From NCBI GenBank assembly GCA_964658305.1, contig OZ210885.1, positions 10,168,001 through 10,232,000 on the forward strand: a DNA stretch of 64,000 bases, written 5' to 3'. The translations under genes and the position numbers were made by a program. Source of the DNA: Leptogorgia sarmentosa (lineage: Eukaryota). The notes beneath the pieces were generated by a model. That model saw nothing but the letters and a program-made list of their open reading frames with translations. It did no database searches and was not told where the DNA came from. Positions 61,991-64,000 of this stretch are shown here, piece after piece; the stretch's first letter is position 1; the number at the start of each line of letters is the position of its first letter.

Positions 61991-64000
61991 ATTCATTCGT
62001 CGAATTTCAGAAACAAACCTTCCCAAATGGTCCATTTATATCTTTAGCTATGTTATCGTCTTTGAAAAAACATTATTTTCCGTCATCATTAAATAATTTA
62101 AAATATCGAAGTGTCAGTTGCATAGCAACTGCGAAAGAATTACTGTTATCGCTATCCACAAATATACATGCACATATGTACACGGAAATATACAACTTAC
62201 TACAGAATCATAACAGAATTAAAGTCAATGAGTCGCATGCATATTGTTTAAGTATGTGCAGTACCAGCTTTGTTGATAGGCTTAAAAAGCATCACAAGAA
62301 TGTGCATGGCAAGGTCGTAAGGACAAGAAGTTTTGGTCAGTTCATTCTAAACCACATGTTGTGTAATTCAAGAATAACCCATATTAAAATTGTAGAGACA
62401 TTTGATTACTTTCCATCAACATATTGCTGTACTTCTAACTTTTTAGTGCCAAAATTAAAAGTTTACCCCATGGAATGTAAGATATTTAACTGTAGAGAAG
62501 TTGCTGAAGGTTTAGAATTTACAACAACACTTTTATACATATATTATATAAATTATATGCAAACATGTATGTTTTGTTTACCTTATACATAAAAAAATAT
62601 ACACATAACCATGTTTAAATGTGTAAAAGTATTTTGAAATAATTAAACTAAATGAGGGGAGTCTAAACTCTGACTCTAAAACCAAACCTGAAAAGAATTG
62701 TTCAAAACAGTACATGTCAAATTTGAATTTCATAGCAGTGAGCTAAAGAAATGCTTTTGTGGACTCCCAAAACCTATGATAAACACATATTATCTGTTAC
62801 TGCAAGTGGTCAGAAACTCAGAGATAGTACATTGTTTACAAGTTAGATATCTAAAATTTAATATAAACTGTCATTAAAATCTAATCCATTCATGGCAAGG
62901 GAAAACAGTGTTACCAGTATGCTGTCTTGTATAACTATAAGGAAGGGCTGGATTTGTTTCTTTATGTCTTCATCAAGGGTTCAGCAACATTCTAAGATGA
63001 AAGGAAATTCAAGTATTTAAAAAAATAGGCATTTTCCATATTGAGCTGGAGTTCACCCATGATGTCCTACATGGGCACATATTTAGGGTCTTATCATAAG
63101 TATGTAGCTGGCATCGATTTTAATGTATGTCAAGTGTCAACACAAATGTGTTTATTACATTGCTTAAAGGAATAGAAGTGTTTTTGAACAAAATGATAAT
63201 TTAATATCAAACTTAGACACAGCTGTTTTTGAAATTCTTCCATGTCATGTACCATACCGGTATTGATAATTGCAAAGTGAGATGTTGAATATGATTTCAA
63301 AATTTCTGGTAGCAGTTGCAGGTCTTTGCCTGAACACCTTAGGCCAAAATATAGAGCCATGTAGGCTATATAAATATGTTCAAGCATGAAATAGTCACAG
63401 TTCAAATTTACCCTGTCAGTGTCTTGTGTTAGAAGGCATTGGTTGTCATTATTTTACAAACTCTCCACAAATACATGGCAAACTAATGAACTATAAACAA
63501 ATTATTGATTTACCTGTGACTCATTCAACCAGAAGTCAACTATGCATGTCCTTTATAGTTTATACTGGTACTGTATACTGCATAATACATTGAGTCATTG
63601 CCATACTATTATCACATGGAAAAACCAGTTTCTTTGGGAAACCCTGAGCAGAAATAGTGTGTAAATACAAAAGAATACATAGCAGTATAAATATGGCTAA
63701 ATCATAAACACAGTCTGCTAAAATTCACCTGAATTTTGCGGCTCATATTTGTCGTTGAATGTTCACATATAATGCTAAAATTTTGGATGTAAATAAACGC
63801 TTTATTACTGCATAAATTCGTATAAAATTTGAGCATTGAGAATGGATAACACTTACCCAACAAAAGATCGTGTAGATACGACACAATTGGCACAATTTCT
63901 CCTTTTTTCCGTCGAAATTTCATCAAAAATCGCATCCAAAATAGCGTTAATTTAAAAAATTTAAAAATGCCGCTCCTTAAAAATAATCCCTTAAATGGAG

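Noticed and set aside
62050..63935. ORFs near the right end
   Set aside because: AT-rich with no recognisable motifs; probably decayed TE interior; I could not assign Hook 5' exons here.

Overview
AT-rich eukaryotic DNA with GT-AG introns, from an invertebrate animal (cnidarian-like; this is an inference from gene and repeat content). Positions 794-45487 (+) hold the last 13 coding exons (~1400 aa) of an APAF-1-like NB-ARC + WD40 gene whose N-terminus lies upstream of the window. Its introns are packed with MITEs, two ~870-bp palindromes, a truncated Gypsy LTR/gag element and a Helitron fragment. Downstream (46.6-55.6 kb) is a 5'-truncated AcademH-type DNA transposon: a spliced DDE transposase convergent with a spliced RecQ-like helicase. 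The helicase is split by an intact 3.3-kb PIF/Harbinger transposon (Myb/SANT protein + DDE transposase, ~52-bp TIRs, AAT TSD). The right end carries a GPCR 3' fragment and a degenerate Hook-family gene on the minus strand. The most striking unexplained signal is a set of at least 7 sequence-distinct non-autonomous repeat families (about a dozen copies). All share one structural pattern: a terminal 100-190-nt hairpin whose regularly spaced mismatches are almost all tandem GA/GA, usually with a GNA triloop. This would be stable on one DNA strand only. In families A-F that strand has a fixed polarity relative to a terminal CCAAT box, and the elements tend to insert at each other's ends.
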